From Eledone cirrhosa (taxonomy: Eukaryota), in the NCBI GenBank assembly GCA_964016885.1, contig OZ024742.1, positions 18,290,001 through 18,354,000 of the forward strand: a DNA stretch of 64,000 bases, read 5' to 3'. The position numbers were made by a program, and so were the translations under genes. The notes below the pieces were generated by a model that searched no databases, was not told the DNA's origin, and was given only the letters and a program-made list of their open reading frames with translations. This document shows, piece by piece, positions 34,901 to 49,900 of the stretch (position 1 is its first letter; the number at the start of each line of letters is the position of its first letter).

Positions 34901-37900
34901 CGAAGGGTTGTGACTTACTACGTCTCTTGACAGTAGGGACGAAGGGTTACGACTTACTACGTCTCTTGACAGTAGAGACGAAGGGTTGTGACTTACTACG
35001 TCTCTTGACAGTAGAGACGAAGGGTTGCGACTTACTACATCTCTTGACAGTAGAGACGAAGTGTTGCGACTTACTACGTCTTTTGACAGTAGAGACGAAG
35101 TGTTGCGACTTACTAAATCTCTTGACAGTAGAGACGAAGTGTTGCGACTTACTACGTCTTTTGACAGTAGAGACGAAGGGTTGCGACTTACTACGTCTCT
35201 TGACAATAGAGACGAAGGGTTGCGACTTACTATGTCTTTTGACAGTAGAGACGAAGTGTTGCGACTTACTACATCTTTTGACAGTAGAGACGAAGTGTTG
35301 CGACTTACTACGTCTTTTGACAGTAGAGACGAAGGGTTGCGACTTACTACGTCTCTTGACAATAGAGACGAAGGGTTGCGACTTACTACGTCTCTTGACA
35401 GTAGAGACGAAGGGTTGCGACTTACTACGTCTTTTGACAATAGAGACGAAGGGTTGCGACTTACTACGTCTCTTGACAGTAGAGACGAAGGGTTGCGACT
35501 TACTACGTCTCTTGACAATAGAGACGAACGGTTGCGACTTACTACGTCTCTTGACAATAGAGACGAAGGGTTACGACTTACTACGTCTCTTGACAGTAGA
35601 GACGAAGGGTTGCGACTTACTACGTCTCTTGACAGTAGAGACGAACGGTTGCGACTTACTACGTCTCTTGACAATAGAGACGAAGGGTTGCGACTTACTA
35701 CGTCTCTTGACAATGGAGACGAAGGGTTGCGACTTACTACGTCTCTTGTAATGGAGACGAAGGGTTGCGACTTACTACGTCTCTTGACAATGGAGACGAA
35801 GGGTTACGACTTACTACGTCTTTTGACAATAGAGACGAAGGGTTACGACTTACTACGTCTCTTGACAGTAGAGACGAAGGGTTGCGACTTACTACGTCTC
35901 TTGACAGTAGGGACGAAGGGTTGCGACTTACTACGTCTCTTGACAATAGAGACGAACGGTTGCGACTTACTACGTCTCTTGACAGTAGAGACGAAGGGTT
36001 ACGACTTACTACGTCTCTTGACAGTAGAGACGAAGGGTTGCGACTTACTACGTCTCTTGACAATAGAGACGAAGGGTTGCGACTTACTACGTCTTTTGAC
36101 AGTAGAGACGAAGGGTTGCGACTTACTACGTCTCTTGACAGTAGAGACGAAGGGTTACGACTTACTACGTCTCTTGACAATAGAGACGAAGGGTTGTGAC
36201 TTACTACGTCTCTTGACAATAGAGACGAAGGGTTGCGACTTACTACGTCTCTTGACAATGAAGACGAAGGGTTGCGACTTACTACGTCTCTTGACAATGG
36301 AGACGAAGGGTTGCGGCTTACTACGTCTCTTGACAATAGAGACGAAGGGTTGCGACTTACTACGTCTCTTGACAATAGAGACGAAGGGTTGCGACTTACT
36401 ACGTCTCTTGACAATAGAGACGAAGGGTTGCGACTTACTACGTCTCTTGACAGTAGAGACGAAGGGTTGCGACTTACTACGTCTCTTGACAATAGAGACG
36501 AAGGGTTACGACTTACTACGTCTCTTGACAGTAGAGACGAAGGGTTGCGACTTACTACGTCTCTTGACAATAGAGACGAAGGGTTACGACTAACTACGTC
36601 TCTTGACAGTAGAGACGAAGGGTTGCGACTTACTACGTCTCTTGACAATAGAGACGAAGGGTTGCGACTTACTACGTCTCTTGAGAGTAGAGACGAAGGG
36701 TTACGACTTACTACGTCTCTTGACAATAGAGACGAAGGGTTACGACTTACTACGTCTCTTGACAGTAGAGACGAAGGGTTGCGACTTACTGCGTCTCTTG
36801 ACAATAGAGACGAAGGGTTGCGACTTACTACGTCTCTTGACAATAGAGACGAAGGGTTACGACTTACTACGTCTCTTGACAGTAGAGACGAAGGGTTGCG
36901 ACTTACTACGTCTCTTGACAATAGAGACGAAGGGTTACGACTTACTACGTCTCTTGACAGTAGAGACGAAGGGTTGCGACTTACTACGTCTCTTGACAAT
37001 AGATACGAAGGGTTGCGACTTACTACGTCTCTTGACAATAGAGACGAAGGGTTACGACTTACTACGTCTCTTGACAGTAGAGAGGAAGGGTTGCGACTTA
37101 CTACGTCTCTTGACAATAGAGACGAAGGGTTGCGACTTACTACGTCTCTTGACAGTAGAGACGAAGGGTTACGACTTACTACGTCTCTTGACAATAGAGA
37201 CGAAGGGTTGCGACTTACTACGTCTTTTGACAGTAGAGACGAAGTGTTGCGACTTACTACATCTTTTGACAGTAGAGACGAAGTGTTGCGACTTACTACG
37301 TCTTTTGACAGTAGAGACGAAGGGTTGCGACTTACTACGTCTTTTGACAGTAGAGACGAAGGGTTGCGACTTACTACGTCTCTTGACAATAGAGACGAAG
37401 GGTTGCGACTTACTACGTCTCTTGACAGTAGAGACGAAGGGTTGCGACTTACTACGTCTTTTGACAATAGAGACGAAGGGTTGCGACTTACTACGTCTCT
37501 TGACAGTAGAGACGAAGGGTTACGACTTACTACGTCTCTTGACAATAGAGACGAAGGGTTACGACTTACTACGTCTCTTGACAGTAGAGACGAAGGGTTG
37601 CGACTTACTACGTCTCTTGACAATAGAGACGAAGGGTTGCGACTTACTACGTCTCTTGACAATAGAGACGAAGGGTTACGACTTACTACGTCTCTTGACA
37701 GTAGAGACGAAGGGTTGCGACTTACTACGTCTCTTGACAATAGAGACGAAGGGTTGCGACTTACTACGTCTCTTGACAATAGAGACGAAGGGTTACGACT
37801 TACTACGTCTCTTGACAGTAGAGACGAAGGGTTGCGACTTACTACGTCTCTTGACAATAGATACGAAGGGTTGCGACTTACTACGTCTCTTGACAATAGA

Positions 37901-40900
37901 GACGAAGGGTTCCGACTTACTACGTCTCTTGACAGTAGAGACGAAGGGTTGCGACTTACTACGTCTCTTGACAGTAGAGACGAAGGGTTGCGACTTACTA
38001 CGTCTCTTGACAATAGAGACGAAGGGTTGCGACTTACTACGTCTCTTGACAATAGAGACGAAGGGTTAAGACTTACTACGTCTCTTGACAGTAGAGACGA
38101 AGGGTTGCGACTTACTACGTCTCTTGACAGTAGAGACGAACGGTTGCGACTTACTACGTCTCTTGACAATAGAGACGAAGGGTTGCGACTTACTACGTCT
38201 CTTGACAATGGAGACGAAGGGTTGCGACTTACTACGTCTCTTGTAATGGAGACGAAGGGTTGCGACTTACTACGTCTCTTGACAATGGAGACGAAGGGTT
38301 ACGACTTACTACGTCTCTTGACAATAGAGACGAAGGGTTGCGACTTACTACGTCTTTTGACAATAGAGACGAAGGGTTACGACTTACTACGTCTCTTGAC
38401 AGTAGAGACGAAGGGTTGCGACTTACTACGTCTCTTGACAGTAGGGACGAAGGGTTGCGACTTACTACGTCTCTTGACAATAGAGACGAACGGTTGCGAC
38501 TTACTACGTCTCTTGACAGTAGAGACGAAGGGTTACGACTTACTACGTCTCTTGACAGTAGAGACGAAGGGTTGCGACTTACTACGTCTCTTGACAATAG
38601 AGACGAAGGGTTGCGACTTACTACGTCTTTTGACAGTAGAGACGAAGGGTTGCGACTTACTACGTCTCTTGACAGTAGAGACGAAGGGTTACGACTTACT
38701 ACGTCTCTTGACAATAGAGACGAAGGGTTGTGACTTACTACGTCTCTTGACAATAGAGACGAAGGGTTGCGACTTACTACGTCTCTTGACAATGAAGACG
38801 AAGGGTTGCGACTTACTACGTCTCTTGACAATGGAGACGAAGGGTTGCGGCTTACTACGTCTCTTGATAATAGAGACGAAGGGTTGCGACTTACTACGTC
38901 TCTTGACAATAGAGACGAAGGGTTGCGACTTACTACGTCTCTTGACAATAGAGACGAAGGGTTGCGACTTACTACGTCTCTTGACAGTAGAGACGAAGGG
39001 TTGCGACTTACTACGTCTCTTGACAATAGAGACGAAGGGTTACGACTTACTACGTCTCTTGACAGTAGAGACGAAGGGTTGCGACTTACTACGTCTCTTG
39101 ACAATAGAGACGAAGGGTTACGACTAACTACGTCTCTTGACAGTAGAGACGAAGGGTTGCGACTTACTACGTCTCTTGACAATAGAGACGAAGGGTTGCG
39201 ACTTACTACGTCTCTTGAGAGTAGAGACGAAGGGTTACGACTTACTACGTCTCTTGACAATAGAGACGAAGGGTTACGACTTACTACGTCTCTTGACAGT
39301 AGAGACGAAGGGTTGCGACTTACTGCGTCTCTTGACAATAGAGACGAAGGGTTGCGACTTACTACGTCTCTTGACAATAGAGACGAAGGGTTACGACTTA
39401 CTACGTCTCTTGACAGTAGAGACGAAGGGTTGCGACTTACTACGTCTCTTGACAATAGAGACGAAGGGTTACGACTTACTACGTCTCTTGACAGTAGAGA
39501 CGAAGGGTTGCGACTTACTACGTCTCTTGACAATAGATACGAAGGGTTGCGACTTACTACGTCTCTTGACAATAGAGACGAAGGGTTACGACTTACTACG
39601 TCTCTTGACAGTAGAGAGGAAGGGTTGCGACTTACTACGTCTCTTGACAATAGAGACGAAGGGTTGCGACTTACTACGTCTCTTGACAGTAGAGACGAAG
39701 GGTTACGACTTACTACATCTCTTGACAATAGAGACGAAGGGTTGCGACTTACTACGTCTTTTGACAGTAGAGACGAAGTGTTGCGACTTACTACATCTTT
39801 TGACAGTAGAGACGAAGTGTTGCGACTTACTACGTCTTTTGACAGTAGAGACGAAGGGTTGCGACTTACTACGTCTTTTGACAGTAGAGACGAAGGGTTG
39901 CGACTTACTACGTCTCTTGACAATAGAGACGAAGGGTTGCGACTTACTACGTCTCTTGACAGTAGAGACGAAGGGTTGCGACTTACTACGTCTTTTGACA
40001 ATAGAGACGAAGGGTTGCGACTTACTACGTCTCTTGACAGTAGAGACGAAGGGTTACGACTTACTACGTCTCTTGACAATAGAGACGAAGGGTTACGACT
40101 TACTACGTCTCTTGACAGTAGAGACGAAGGGTTGCGACTTACTACGTCTCTTGACAATAGAGACGAAGGGTTGCGACTTACTACGTCTCTTGACAATAGA
40201 GACGAAGGGTTACGACTTACTACGTCTCTTGACAGTAGCGACGAAGGGTTGCGACTTACTACGTCTCTTGACAATAGAGACGAAGGGTTGCGACTTACTA
40301 CGTCTCTTGACAATAGAGACGAAGGGTTACGACTTACTACGTCTCTTGACAGTAGAGACGAAGGGTTGCGACTTACTACGTCTCTTGACAATAGATACGA
40401 AGGGTTGCGACTTACTACGTCTCTTGACAATAGAGACGAAGGGTTCCGACTTACTACGTCTCTTGACAGTAGAGACGAAGGGTTGCGACTTACTACGTCT
40501 CTTGACAGTAGAGACGAAGGGTTGCGACTTACTACGTCTCTTGACAATAGAGACGAAGGGTTGCGACTTACTACGTCTCTTGACAATAGAGACGAAGGGT
40601 TACGACTTACTACGTCTCTTGACAGTAGAGACGAAGGGTTGCGACTTACTACGTCTCTTGACAGTAGAGACGAACGGTTGCGACTTACTACGTCTCTTGA
40701 CAATAGAGACGAAGGGTTGCGACTTACTACGTCTCTTGACAATGGAGACGAAGGGTTGCGACTTACTACGTCTCTTGTAATGGAGACGAAGGGTTGCGAC
40801 TTACTACGTCTCTTGACAATGGAGACGAAGGGTTACGACTTACTACGTCTCTTGACAATAGAGACGAAGGGTTGCGACTTACTACGTCTTTTGACAATAG

Positions 40901-43900
40901 AGACGAAGGGTTACGACTTACTACGTCTCTTGACAGTAGAGACGAAGGGTTGCGACTTACTACGTCTCTTGACAGTAGGGACGAAGGGTTGCGACTTACT
41001 ACGTCTCTTGACAATAGAGACGAACGGTTGCGACTTACTACGTCTTTTGACAGTAGAGACGAAGGGTTGCGACTTACTACGTCTCTTGACAGTAGAGACG
41101 AAGGGTTACGACTTACTACGTCTCTTGACAATAGAGACGAAGGGTTGTGACTTACTACGTCTCTTGACAATAGAGACGAAGGGTTGCGACTTACTACGTC
41201 TCTTGACAATGAAGACGAAGGGTTGCGACTTACTACGTCTCTTGACAATGGAGACGAAGGGTTGCGGCTTACTACGTCTCTTGACAATAGAGACGAAGGG
41301 TTGCGACTTACTACGTCTCTTGACAATAGAGACGAAGGGTTGCGACTTACTACGTCTCTTGACAATAGAGACGAAGGGTTACGACTTACTACGTCTCTTG
41401 ACAGTAGAGACGAAGGGTTGCGACTTACTGCGTCTCTTGACAATAGAGACGAAGGGTTGCGACTTACTACGTCTCTTGACAATAGAGACGAAGGGTTACG
41501 ACTTACTACGTCTCTTGACAGTAGAGACGAAGGGTTGCGACTTACTACGTCTCTTGACAATAGAGACGAAGGGTTACGACTTACTACGTCTCTTGACAGT
41601 AGAGACGAAGGGTTGCGACTTACTACGTCTCTTGACAGTAGAGACGAAGGGTTGCGACTTACTACGTCTCTTGACAATAGAGACGAAGGGTTGCGACTTA
41701 CTACGTCTTTTGACAGTAGAGACGAAGTGTTGCGACTTACTACATCTTTTGACAGTAGAGACGAAGTGTTGCGACTTACTACGTCTTTTGACAGTAGAGA
41801 CGAAGGGTTGCGACTTACTACGTCTTTTGACAGTAGAGACGAAGGGTTGCGACTTACTACGTCTCTTGACAATAGAGAAGAAGGGTTGCGACTTACTACG
41901 TCTCTTGACAGTAGAGACGAAGGGTTGCGACTTACTACGTCTTTTGACAATAGAGACGAAGGGTTGCGACTTACTACGTCTCTTGACAGTAGAGACGAAG
42001 GGTTACGACTTACTACGTCTCTTGACAATAGAGACGAAGGGTTACGACTTACTACGTCTCTTGACAGTAGAGACGAAGGGTTGCGACTTACTACGTCTCT
42101 TGACAATAGAGACGAAGGGTTGCGACTTACTACGTCTCTTGACAATAGAGACGAAGGGTTACGACTTACTACGTCTCTTGACAGTAGAGACGAAGGGTTG
42201 CGACTTACTACGTCTCTTGACAATAGAGACGAAGGGTTGCGACTTACTACGTCTCTTGACAATAGAGACGAAGGGTTACGACTTACTACGTCTCTTGACA
42301 GTAGAGACGAAGGGTTGCGACTTACTACGTCTCTTGACAATAGATACGAAGGGTTGCGACTTACTACGTCTCTTGACAATAGAGACGAAGGGTTCCGACT
42401 TACTACGTCTCTTGACAGTAGAGACGAAGGGTTGCGACTTACTACGTCTCTTGACAATAGAGACGAAGGGTTGCGACTTACTACGTCTCTTGACAGTAGA
42501 GACGAAGGGTTACGACTTACTACGTCTCTTGACAATAGAGACGAAGGGTTGCGACTTACTACGTCTCTTGACCGTAGAGACGAAGGGTTACGACTTACTA
42601 CGTCTCTTGACAGTAGAGACGAAGGGTTACGACTTACTACGTCTCTTGACAGTAGAGACGAAGGGTTGCGACTTACTACGTCTCTTGACAATAGAGACGA
42701 ACGGTTGCGACTTACTACGGCTCTTGACAATAGAGACGAAGGGTTGCGACTTACTACGTCTCTTGATAGTAGAGACGAAGGGTTACGACTTACTACGTCT
42801 CTTGACAGTAGAGACGAAGGGTTACGACTTACTACGTCTCTTGACAGTAGAGACGAAGGGTTACGACTTACTACGTCTCTTGACAGTAGAGACGAAGGGT
42901 TACGACTTACTACGTCTCTTGACAGTAGAGACGAAGGGTTGTGACTTACTACGTCTCTTGACAGTAGGGACGAAGGGTTACGACTTACTACGTCTCTTGA
43001 CAGTAGAGACGAAGGGTTGTGACTTACTACGTCTCTTGACAGTAGAGACGAAGGGTTGCGACTTACTACATCTCTTGACAGTAGAGACGAAGTGTTGCGA
43101 CTTACTACGTCTTTTGACAGTAGAGACGAAGTGTTGCGACTTACTACATCTCTTGACAGTAGAGACGAAGTGTTGCGACTTACTACGTCTTTTGACAGTA
43201 GAGACGAAGGGTTGCGACTTACTACGTCTCTTGACAATAGAGACGAAGGGTTGCGACTTACTATGTCTTTTGACAGTAGAGACGAAGTGTTGCGACTTAC
43301 TACATCTTTTGACAGTAGAGACGAAGTGTTGCGACTTACTACGTCTTTTGACAGTAGAGACGAAGGCTTGCGACTTACTACGTCTTTTGACAGTAGAGAC
43401 GAAGGGTTGCGACTTACTACGTCTCTTGACAATAGAGACGAAGGGTTGCGACTTACTACGTCTCTTGACAGTAGAGACGAAGGGTTGCGACTTACTACGT
43501 CTCTTGACAATAGAGACGAACGGTTGCGACTTACTACGTCTCTTGACAATAGAGACGAAGGGTTACGACTTACTACGTCTCTTGACAGTAGAGACGAAGG
43601 GTTGCGACTTACTACGTCTCTTGACAGTAGAGACGAACGGTTGCGACTTACTATGTCTCTTGACAATAGAGACGAAGGGTTGCGACTTACTACGTCTCTT
43701 GACAATGGAGACGAAGGGTTGCGACTTACTACGTCTCTTGTAATGGAGACGAAGGGTTGCGACTTACTACGTCTCTTGACAATAGAGACGAAGGGTTACG
43801 ACATACTACGTCTCTTGACAATAGAGACGAAGGGTTGCGACTTACTACGTCTTTTGACAATAGAGACGAAGGGTTACGACTTACTACGTCTCTTGACAGT

Positions 43901-46900
43901 AGAGACGAAGGGTTGCGACTTACTACGTCTTTTGACAGTAGAGACGAAGGGTTGCGACTTACTACGTCTCTTGACAGTAGAGACGAAGGGTTACGACTTA
44001 CTACGTCTCTTGACAATAGAGACGAAGGGTTGTGACTTACTACGTCTCTTGACAATAGAGACGAAGGGTTGCGACTTACTACGTCTCTTGACAATGAAGA
44101 CGAAGGGTTGCGACTTACTACGTCTCTTGACAATGGAGACGAAGGGTTGCGGCTTACTACGTCTCTTGACAATAGAGACGAAGGGTTGCGACTTACTACG
44201 TCTCTTGACAATAGAGACGAAGGGTTACGACTTACTACGTCTCTTGACAGTAGAGACGAAGGGTTGCGACTTACTGCGTCTCTTGACAATAGAGACGAAG
44301 GGTTGCGACTTACTACGTCTCTTGACAATAGAGACGAAGGGTTACGACTTACTACGTCTCTTGACAGTAGAGACGAAGGGTTGCGACTTACTACGTCTCT
44401 TGACAATAGAGACGAAGGGTTGCGACTTACTACGTCTCTTGACAATAGAGACGAAGGGTTACGACTTACTACGTCTCTTGACAGTAGAGACGAAGGGTTG
44501 CGACTTACTACGTCTCTTGACAATAGATACGAAGGGTTGTGACTTACTACGTCTCTTGACAATAGAGACGAAGGGTTACGACTTACTACGTCTCTTGACA
44601 GTAGAGAGGAAGGGTTGCGACTTACTACGTCTCTTGACAATAGAGACGAAGGGTTGCGACTTACTACGTCTCTTGACAGTAGAGACTAAGGGTTACGACT
44701 TACTACGTCTCTTGACAATAGAGACGAAGGGTTGCGACTTACTACGTCTTTTGACAGTAGAAACGAAGTGTTGCGACTTACTACATCTTTTGACAGTAGA
44801 GACGAAGTGTTGCGACTTACTACGTCTTTTGACAGTAGAGACGAAGGGTTGCGACTTACTACGTCTTTTGACAGTAGAGACGAAGGGTTGCGACTTACTA
44901 CGTCTCTTGACAATAGAGACGAAGGGTTGCGACTTACTACGTCTCTTGACAGTAGAGACGAAGGGTTGCGACTTACTACGTCTTTTGACAATAGAGACGA
45001 AGGGTTGCGACTTACTACGTCTCTTGACAGTAGAGACGAAGGGTTGCGACTTACTACGTCTCTTGACAATAGAGACGAACGGTTGCGACTTACTACGTCT
45101 CTTGACAATAGAGACGAAGGGTTACGACTTACTACGTCTCTTGACAGTAGAGACGAAGGGTTGCGACTTACTACGTCTCTTGATAATAGAGACGAAGGGT
45201 TGCGACTTACTACGTCTCTTGACAGTAGAGACGAAGGGTTGCGACTTACTACGTCTCTTGACAGTAGAGACGAACGGTTGCGACTTACTACGTCTCTTGA
45301 CAATAGAGACGAAGGGTTGCGACTTACTACGTCTCTTGACAATGGAGACGAAGGGTTGCGACTTACTACGTCTCTTGTAATGGAGACGAAGGGTTGCGAC
45401 TTACTACGTCTCTTGACAATGGAGACGAAGGGTTACGACTTACTACGTCTCTTGACAATAGAGACGAAGGGTTGCGACTTACTACGTCTTTTGACAATAG
45501 AGACGAAGGGTTACGACTTACTACGTCTCTTGACAGTAGAGACGAAGGGTTGCGACTTACTACGTCTCCTGACAGTAGGGACGAAGGGTTGCGACTTACT
45601 ACGTCTCTTGACAATAGAGATGAACGGTTGCGACTTACTACGTCTCTTGACAATAGAGACGAAGGGTTGCGACTTACTACGTCTCTTGACAGTAGAGACG
45701 AAGGGTTGCGACTTACTACGTCTCTTGACAGTAGAGACGAAGGGTTACGACTTACTACGTCTCTTGACAATAGAGACGAAGGGTTGTGACTTACTACGTC
45801 TCTTGACAATAGAGACGAAGGGTTGCGACTTACTACGTCTCTTGACAATGAAGACGAAGGGTTGCGACTTACTACGTCTCTTGACAATGGAGACGAACGG
45901 TTGCGGCTTACTACGTCTCTTGACAATAGAGACGAAGGGTTGCGACTTACTACGTCTCTTGACAATAGAGACGAAGGGTTGCGACTTACTACGTCTCTTG
46001 ACAATAGAGACGAAGGGTTGCGACTTACTACGTCTCTTGACAGTAGAGACGAAGGGTTGCGACTTACTACGTCTCTTGACAATAGAGACGAAGGGTTACG
46101 ACTTACTACGTCTCTTGACAGTAGAGACGAAGGGTTGCGACTTACTACGTCTCTTGACAATAGAGACGAAGGGTTACGACTTACTACGTCTCTTGACAGT
46201 AGAGACGAAGGGTTGCGACTTACTACGTCTCTTGACAATAGAGACGAAGGGTTGCGACTTACTACGTCTCTTGAGAGTAGAGACGAAGGGTTACGACTTA
46301 CTACGTCTCTTGACAATAGAGACGAAGGGTTACGACTTACTACGTCTGTTGACAGTAGAGACGAAGGGTTGCGACTTACTGCGTCTCTTGACAATAGAGA
46401 CGAAGGGTTGCGACTTACTACGTCTCTTGACAATAGAGACGAAGGGTTACGACTTACTACGTCTCTTGACAGTAGAGACGAAGGGTTGCGACTTACTACG
46501 TCTCTTGACAATAGAGACGAAGGGTTGCGACTTACTACGTCTCTTGACAGTAGAGACGAAGGGTTGCGACTTACTACGTCTCTTGACAATAGAGACGAAC
46601 GGTTGCGACTTACTACGTCTCTTGACAATAGAGACGAAGGGTTACGACTTACTACGTCTCTTGACAATAGAGACGAAGGGTTACGACTTACTACGTCTCT
46701 TGACAGTAGAGACGAAGGGTTGCGACTTACTACGTCTCTTGATAATAGAGACGAAGGGTTGCGACTTACTACGTCTCTTGACAGTAGAGACGAAGGGTTG
46801 CGACTTACTACGTCTCTTGACAGTAGAGACGAACGGTTGCGACTTACTACGTCTCTTGACAGTAGAGACGAAGGGTTACGACTTACTACGTCTCTTGACA

Positions 46901-49900
46901 ATAGAGACGATGGGTTGCGACTTACTACGTCTTTTGACAGTAGAGACGAAGTGTTGCGACTTACTACATCTTTTGACAGTAGAGACGAAGTGTTGCGACT
47001 TACTACGTCTTTTGACAGTAGAGACGAAGGGTTGCGACTTACTACGTCTTTTGACAGTAGAGACGAAGGGTTGCGACTTACTACGTCTCTTGACAATAGA
47101 GACGAAGGGTTGCGACTTACTACGTCTCTTGACAGTAGAGACGAAGGGTTGCGACTTACTACGTCTTTTGACAATAGAGACGAAGGGTTGCGACTTACTA
47201 CGTCTCTTGACAGTAGAGACGAAGGGTTGCGACTTACTACGTCTCTTGACAATAGAGACGAACGGTTGCGACTTACTACGTCTCTTGACAATAGAGACGA
47301 AGGGTTACGACTTACTACGTCTCTTGACAGTAGAGACGAAGGGTTGCGACTTACTACGTCTCTTGATAATAGAGACGAAGGGCTGCGACTTACTACGTCT
47401 CTTGACAGTAGAGACGAAGGGTTGCGACTTACTACGTCTCTTGACAGTAGAGACGAACGGTTGCGACTTACTACGTCTCTTGACAATAGAGACGAAGGGT
47501 TGCGACTTACTACGTCTCTTGACAATGGAGACGAAGGGTTGCGACTTACTACGTCTCTTGTAATGGAGACGAAGGGTTGCGACTTACTACGTCTCTTGAC
47601 AATGGAGACGAAGGGTTACGACTTACTACGTCTCTTGACAATAGAGACGAAGGGTTGCGACTTACTACGTCTTTTGACAATAGAGACGAAGGGTTACGAC
47701 TTACTACGTCTCTTGACAGTAGAGACGAAGGGTTGCGACTTACTACGTCTCTTGACAGCAGGGACGAAGGGTTGCGACTTACTACGTCTCTTGACAATAG
47801 AGATGAACGGTTGCGACTTACTACGTCTCTTGACAATAGAGACGAAGGGTTGCGACTTACTACGTCTCTTGACAGTAGAGACGAAGGGTTGCGACTTACT
47901 ACGTCTCTTGACAGTAGAGACGAAGGGTTACGACTTACTACGTCTCTTGACAATAGAGACGAAGGGTTGTGACTTACTACGTCTCTTGACAATAGAGACG
48001 AAGGGTTGCGACTTACTACGTCTCTTGACAATGAAGACGAAGGGTTGCGACTTACTACGTCTCTTGACAATGGAGACGAACGGTTGCGGCTTACTACGTC
48101 TCTTGACAATAGAGACGAAGGGTTGCGACTTACTACGTCTCTTGACAATAGAGACGAAGGGTTACGACTTACTACGTCTCTTGACAATAGAGACGAAGGG
48201 TTACGACTTACTACGTCTCTTGACAGTAGAGACGAAGGGTTGCGACTTACTGCGTCTCTTGACAATAGAGACGAAGGGTTGCGACTTACTACGTCTTTTG
48301 ACAATAGAGACGAAGGGTTGCGACTTACTACGTCTCTTGACAGTAGAGACGAAGGGTTGCGACTTACTACGTCTCTTGACAATAGAGACGAAGGGTTGCG
48401 ACTTACTACGTCTCTTGACAGTAGAGACGAAGGGTTGCGACTTACTACGTCTCTTGACAATAGAGACGAAGGGTTACGACTTACTACGTCTCTTGACAGA
48501 AGAGACGAAGGGTTGCGACTTACTACGTCTCTTGACAATAGAGACGAAGGGTTACGACTTACTACGTCTCTTGACAATAGAGACGAAGGGTTACGACTTA
48601 CTACGTCTCTTGACAGTAGAGACGAAGGGTTGCGACTTACTGCGTCTCTTGACAATAGAGACGAAGGGTTGCGACTTACTACGTCTCTTGACAATAGAGA
48701 CGAAGGGTTACGACTTACTACGTCTCTTGACAGTAGAGACGAAGGGTTGCGACTTACTACGTCTCTTGACAATAGAGACGAAGGGTTGCGACTTACTACG
48801 TCTCTTGACAATAGAGACGAAGGGTTACGACTTACTACGTCTCTTGACAGTAGAGACGAAGGGTTGCGACTTACTACGTCTCTTGACAATAGATACGAAG
48901 GGTTGCGACTTACTACGTCTCTTGACAATAGAGACGAAGGGTTCCGACTTACTACGTCTCTTGACAGTAGAGACGAAGGGTTGCGACTTATTATGTCTCT
49001 TGACAATAGAGACGAAGGGTTGCGACTTACTACGTCTCTTGACAGTAGAGACGAAGGGTTACGACTTACTACGTCTCTTGACAATAGAGACGAAGGGTTG
49101 CGACTTACTACGTCTCTTGACCGTAGAGACGAAGGGTTACGACTTACTACGTCTCTTGACAGTAGAGACGAAGGGTTACGACTTACTACGTCTCTTGACA
49201 GTAGAGACGAAGGGTTGCGACTTACTACGTCTCTTGACAATAGAGACGAACGGTTGCGACTTACTACGGCTCTTGACAATAGAGACGAAGGGTTGCGACT
49301 TACTACGTCTCTTGACAGTAGAGACGAAGGGTTACGACTTACTACGTCTCTTGACAGTAGAGACGAAGGGTTACGACTTACTACGTCTCTTGACAGTAGA
49401 GACGAAGGGTTACGACTTACTACGTCTCTTGACAGTAGAGACGAAGGGTTACGACTTACTACGTCTCTTGACAGTAGAGACGAAGGGTTGTGACTTACTA
49501 CGTCACTTGACAGTAGGGACGAAGGGTTACGACTTACTACGTCTCTTGACAAAAGAGACGAAGGGTTGCGACTTACTACGTCTCTTGACAATCGAGACGA
49601 AGGGTTGCGACTTACTACGTCTCTTGACAGTAGGGACGAAGGGTTACGACTTACTACGTCTCTTGACAATAGAGACGAAGTGTTGCGACTAATTACGTCT
49701 CTTGACAGTAGAGACGAAGGGTTGCGACTTACTACGTCTCTTGACAATAGAGACGATGGGTTGCGACTTACAACGTCTCTTGACAATAGAGACGAAGGGT
49801 TGCGACTTACTACGTCTCTTGACAATGGAAACGAAGGGTTACGACTTACTACGACTCTTGACAGTAGAGACGAAGGGTTGCGACTTACTAGTCTCTTGAC

